Source: Eledone cirrhosa (taxonomy: Eukaryota). Taken from it: DNA of 64,000 bases. The number at the start of each line of letters is the position of its first letter. Position 1 is the first letter of the stretch. The stretch lies in the NCBI GenBank assembly GCA_964016885.1, contig OZ024741.1, positions 126,604,001 through 126,668,000 on the forward strand, given 5' to 3'. Below are positions 58,935-64,000 of the stretch, piece by piece. The position numbers and the translations under genes are program-made. The notes beneath the pieces were generated by a model. It was not told the DNA's origin. It did not search any database and saw only the letters and a list, made by a program, of their open reading frames with translations.

Positions 58935-59163
58935 TGGTAAACGGAATAGAAAATGCTGACAAATTGTTCACAGTTGAAAAATGGTTTAATTAGGAATAAA
59001 AGAGTATTAGTAATTGTATGGGTTAGTATTCAACCGGTAAAAACTTAAAAACTTAAAACCACAACTGAATACTAACCCATACAATTACTAATACTCTTTT
59101 ATTCCTAATTAAACCATTTTTCAACTGTGAACAATTTGTCAGCATTTTCTATTCCGTTTACCA
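58935..59163. repeat. Fold-back with ~98-bp essentially perfect arms next to (TA)n
   Basis: 58935-59032 / 59066-59163. Confidence 0.9.
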
Positions 59164-60834
59164 ATATATAATAACTTGTGTGTTACACCTCTATTCTTTT
59201 AACTATATATATATATATAAATATATATATATATGTGTGTGTGTGTGTATGTACAATTTGTTATAATATCTTAATATTACTTATGGCGTTCGCAAAACAA
59301 CAGGTTAAGTTTTACAACAATTAACACACACAAACCTTCGATTTTACTTTCGCTATGTATAACTTCAGTTACAGGAAAATACAAGTAAAAAATTACGAGA
59401 CAATGTTGCCAGGAATAGGCACAGAAGCCAATTCCCATCTAAAAAAAAAAGCAGTAATAAAGAATCTGTTGAAATAATAAATAATTTTCTTCCAACTACA
59501 AAAGTTTTCTTTATCAGTTGAAGATAAATTTATATATAACTATTTCCATATAAACAAACTGGCGTCTTAATTTATTTTTATGATAATATATTCCTTTTCT
59601 CAAGGTAAAAATAGCTCCAGATTATAATGGGTAAAAAATATAACACTTCCAAGTAAATGTTGTTCAAAATCTAAATATCAATTTCTTTTACGTTATGTTG
59701 GGGAAGTGCGATATATTTAAATATTTATCTGGTATCTTCATTAGCGTTTTCCTGCAAATGGTGCAGCCAGCCTTTTGGGTGTCACCTAGATGATTTTTTT
59801 TGCAGTCAGCTATCGCTTACTCGTTTCTGTCTCCCCGCCATGTGTAGAAGGGTTGCAGTGTCGTATCCTGTACAGTCGTTGATGACGTATCCTGTACAGT
59901 CATTGATTAGGATTTTCTTTGAATTTTGTGCCGGTGAATTGTTCTGGACAGTCGTGAGATAAAACCTTCATCTTTTTACTATTGTTCTCTAGTATAATGG
60001 TCATATTTTCTTTGGTTTACTGTTTAGTCAAGGAAGTAAAAGCATTGCCTATGATCCCTTTTTAGGGCTTATATAATTAGTGAGAGAGGAGAGTATAATT
60101 TAACCGAAGACCTGGACCAAAATATTTGAAACAATGAAATGCACTAAAGCCATTCACGGAAGCTAATCCAACGGAATTTGAACTCAAAAGGCAAAAGCGT
60201 GGAGGAAAAACCGCAAGGTATCTTGCCCGATGCTCTAACTATTACGTCAACCAATCAGTCTGAGCAGTTACTTATATTTAGTCGATCTTAAAAGGTTGAA
60301 AGACAAATTTTCCTTTGTAGGATCTTAACTCAGAGCGCAGGGAACCGGGAGGAAGAACGGAACAATACCGCATCGGGTTTGTCTGACGCTTTAACGCGCG
60401 CTCTCTCTCCTTTTTTCTCTCTCCTTCTTTCTCTCTTTTTTCTCTCTCCTTTTTCTCTCTCATTTTCTCTCTTTTCTCTCTCTTTTTATTCTCTCTTTTT
60501 TTTTCTCTTTTTTTCTCTCTTTTTTCTCTCTCCTCACTCTCTTCTTTTCCCCCCTTCTTTCTCTCTCACTCTGTTTCCTCCTCTCTTTCTCTGTTTCACC
60601 ATCTTTCAACAATATTTACTAGGAGCATCAATAAAATCTTACATTTTGTTCAATCCTTCCAGGGACACTGAACTCCTGCTGAAGTCGTAGGATTGCCGTT
60701 GTAACATACAGCTTGTCTAGGGCAGTTAAACTTGGCGGGACCGCATCTCTTTCCAAGGTTAAACACAGTCAATTTCTAAGAGAAAGAGAGTCAGTAAAAC
60801 TACGGAAAATTCCCCCATCCTCCAGCACTGGGCT

Positions 60835-61312
60835 TGTAATTTATTGACCTCGAATGGATGAAACCAAACTTGATCTCAGTTTGTTTTGAACTCAGAGCGC
60901 AGAGAGTCGGAACAAATTACCGTAAATCATTTTATCCAGCGTTGTAATAACTTTGTCAATTCGCTGCCCTATGTACGGTCTCGTAACTCTTGAGTGAGTA
61001 TTTACATCCGGCGTTTCTGTGGCAATTAAAAACCTTGTGGAGTCCATTGCCGCTCTACGTCTGAATATAGCAGGTTTCGTCTGGAGAAGGATGGAAGTGA
61101 GAAACAGATATAGAGGAATAACTGACACCAGTACTAAATTGGTACTTTTTTAACCACCTTGAATGGATGAGATGCAAAGCTGACATCGGCGGGATTTGAA
61201 CTCAGAGAGCATAGAACTAAAACAAATGCTGCAAATCATTCTATTCGAAGTTCTAACGACTTTTTCAATTTACTGCTTGGTGTTCTATTAACTTTTTCAA
61301 TTCGCTGCCCTA
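60835..61312 (-). mobile_element. Two degenerate S1 SINE copies
   Basis: TTTGAACTCAGAG, GGATGA..CAAA and AATTCGCTGCCCTA motifs on the plus strand. Confidence 0.6.
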
Positions 61313-61648
61313 TATTTTTTTGGTAAATAAACTTATTTATCACATCAAATAAATTCTCTATATTAAAATATTTAATCAAATTAAACATTATTTTCGTTAA
61401 CAACCAAAGTTATTGTACTTAGGCAACAAAAACTTTATAATTATATTAGGTTTCAGAAAGCACTTTCTAACTCTTTTCAAAATCTACCTTTCTCATTAAC
61501 ACCTGCTACACTGCATATTTTACACCAAACTGTCACACACACGTATACATACATATACACACACAAACATACATGCACATACACATATATATACACACGC
61601 ATATTTACATATATATATATATATACTACATGCATACATACATACATA

Positions 61649-61772
61649 GAGGATGTCCTTAAAGTCCTTAAATGTGGTCCTTCTGTAAAAACAACTGCTA
61701 TCTTTTGATAGCATTTACGTCCACCGAGAAATAACAGTTCAATTCTTGTGTCCAGACTTTAAGGACATCCTG
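61649..61772. mobile_element. Tc1/mariner-like MITE (~124 bp)
   Basis: TIRs AGGATGTCCTTAAAGTC / GACTTTAAGGACATCCT in TA-rich context. Confidence 0.6.
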
Positions 61773-61890
61773 CATACATTTATGTATGTATGTATGTATG
61801 TATGTATGTATGTATGTATGTATGTATGTATGTATGTATGTATGTATGTATGTATGTATGTATGTATGTATGTATGTATGTGTGTGTGTA

Positions 61891-61936
<46 letters not shown>

Positions 61937-63349
61937 TGTGTGTGTGTGTGTGTGCACTCAAACACACATTGTAACACAAACAAAAAGTCGATTAAATATG
62001 TGCAGTTGTGTTTAGCTCACAATTCAGTCGAACTCGATCATAAAATTCTTGTTTATCAAACTAAAAATCACCCAGGGAAATCTCAAAAATTGATCCTACG
62101 ACGTGTGTTACATAGAATGGATCGCCGTCGGTTTCGACTGGTTCTCCTGTTGTTCAATCACTGGAACTGCCTGTTCATGAAATTAATGTGTAAGTGGCTG
62201 AGCATTCCACAGACACGTGTATTTACCATTAACGTAATTCTCAAATATATTCAGCGTGACTCTGTCTATAAAAGGGGCGGCATTTTGAATTACGTGTACA
62301 ACCCATTTTTCTCAGAACTATGCAAGATGTCGGAATAGATACTACAAAGCCTTTTAGTCTAACGCTCTGATGTTCTTGCCAATTCGTCCCTTATTTCTTT
62401 TTATTAGTTTCCATCATTAGACTGCGGTCATACTGAGGCGCAGCTTTAAAGGATTTAATCGGTCATTTCAACCCCGGTATTTATATTATCGATGTCGATT
62501 TTTGTTGAAACAATGTTACGGAATATAAACAAGGAAATGCACTCAAATTCACACTCACACTCAAATTCGCACTCTCACTCACCACCACCACACATGGCTT
62601 TCTGTAGGTTCCATCCCTTAAATTTCATAAAGTTTTGGACAACTTGAGTTGATACAAGTCATGTGCCTAAAGTATCACCCAGTGGGTTTGAACTCGAAAC
62701 CATGTGATTGTAAAGCGAACTTTTTAACAACACAGTCACACAGCTATGCCTGCGCCTATATGTGTAAAGAGAAGAGAAATTTGTCGTAAAATTGATAATT
62801 CAAAATTGTTTAAATTAGAATTGACAGCTGTTAGGTATTCTAATGGCTATAATTACTACTTCTTAATAGTCAAATGTTTAGTCTGTACCACCGTTAATTG
62901 ATGGTCCAATATTAAATAAAAGTTGTGTATTATATATTATTATAATTCTAACAGTTAATAGCTAGGGAAATAAAAGTAAATATATAATTGTGTTTTGTTA
63001 TTGTAAGTCAGTTAAATGAGTCTATTAAAGCCACCTCCATCAAAACGTCTCATTTGAAATTCAATTGAAATATCCATTAACCGTTAAGATCCTGTAGTTA
63101 TTTAGCGTTTGTTAATCCCAATAAATATATTAGTCGACAGATATCTAACACATTGCAATAAAAGGTTTAATTTTTAATCTAATACGGTGATAAAACAGGG
63201 TTTCAATTTTCAAGAATGTCTTGCTAATGTGGTTTCATGTAGTACTGGACGCTAATAGTTAAAGTAGTATACTATTTAGGAGGTTTTTCAAAGTAAATAT
63301 TTGCATTTGAAAGAGTCCCCAAAACATTATTCCGACTATTTAGTATGTA

Positions 63350-63560
63350 GATTGGCAGAATCGTTAGAACTGTGGACAAAATGTTTTGTAGTGTTTTTTA
63401 GGGTCCTTTGGTTTCTGAGTTTAAATCCCGCCGAGGTTAGCTTTGCCTTTCATCTTTACAAAGTAGATAAAATAAAGTACCAGTAACGCACTGGGGTGAT
63501 TTAACCAAGTCCTCAATAAAACAATGTTGGCTTTGTATCTAAATCAGAAACCATTATTTC
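63350..63560 (+). mobile_element. S1 SINE
   Basis: GATTGGCAGAATCG...AAATCCCGCCGAGGTTAGCTTTGCCTTTCATC...AAGTACCAGTA...AAATCAGAAACCATTATT. Confidence 0.78.
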
Positions 63561-64000
63561 GTATGTTTGTGTATGTGTGTATATGTGTTTGTATGTTGTG
63601 TATGTGTGTATCTGTGTTTGTATGTTGTGTATGTGTGTATATGTTTTTGTATGTATATAAGTATAAAATGTTACAAGTTATGACTAGAAGAGTTAGAACT
63701 TCATACATAACGAAAGTGGAATGTACACGTCATCATAAGATAGAATACTCAACGGTAAAGCTTACCATCAAGCACTCTACCCTATAATACATACATACAC
63801 ACGCACACTCAGACACAGAGAGAAGTAGGAGGATGAAAGATTGTTTCCTTTATATTTTTAAAGTTTCACGCATTAGCACTTACGTAACTTTATCGCATTC
63901 ACGAGTAAGAATTTAATATACTTCGAAGATGATTAAATGGCTATCTGAAACTTAACCATTATGAGTTATTTCATTTTCTTTACATTGAAGAACTGCTTGT

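Overview
AT-rich, microsatellite-saturated animal (probably octopus/cephalopod, inferred from the SINE types and repeat landscape) intergenic or intronic DNA. I found no convincing host protein-coding exon. Almost all of it is mobile DNA sorted by microsatellite niche. (1) About 7.8-23.2 kb is a nested stack of R4/Dong-like RLE non-LTR retrotransposons and Tx1/L1-like pieces in (TAA)n tracts. (2) The (TA)n tracts hold three Penelope-like element (PLE) coding remnants plus many short non-coding PLE-type inserts. Read by eye, these carry roughly 25 type-I hammerhead ribozyme (HHR) motifs, complete, partial or degenerate, from more than ten sequence families. Many are arranged as long fold-backs or as terminally redundant 316/478/540-bp monomers (retrozyme-like), and some have family-wide non-canonical cores (U3-A8 and A4). 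(3) Helitron pieces, CR1- and RTE-like fragments, MITEs and many tRNA-derived SINEs fill the rest. All assignments are by manual motif reading; no searches or folding programs were run and boundaries are approximate.
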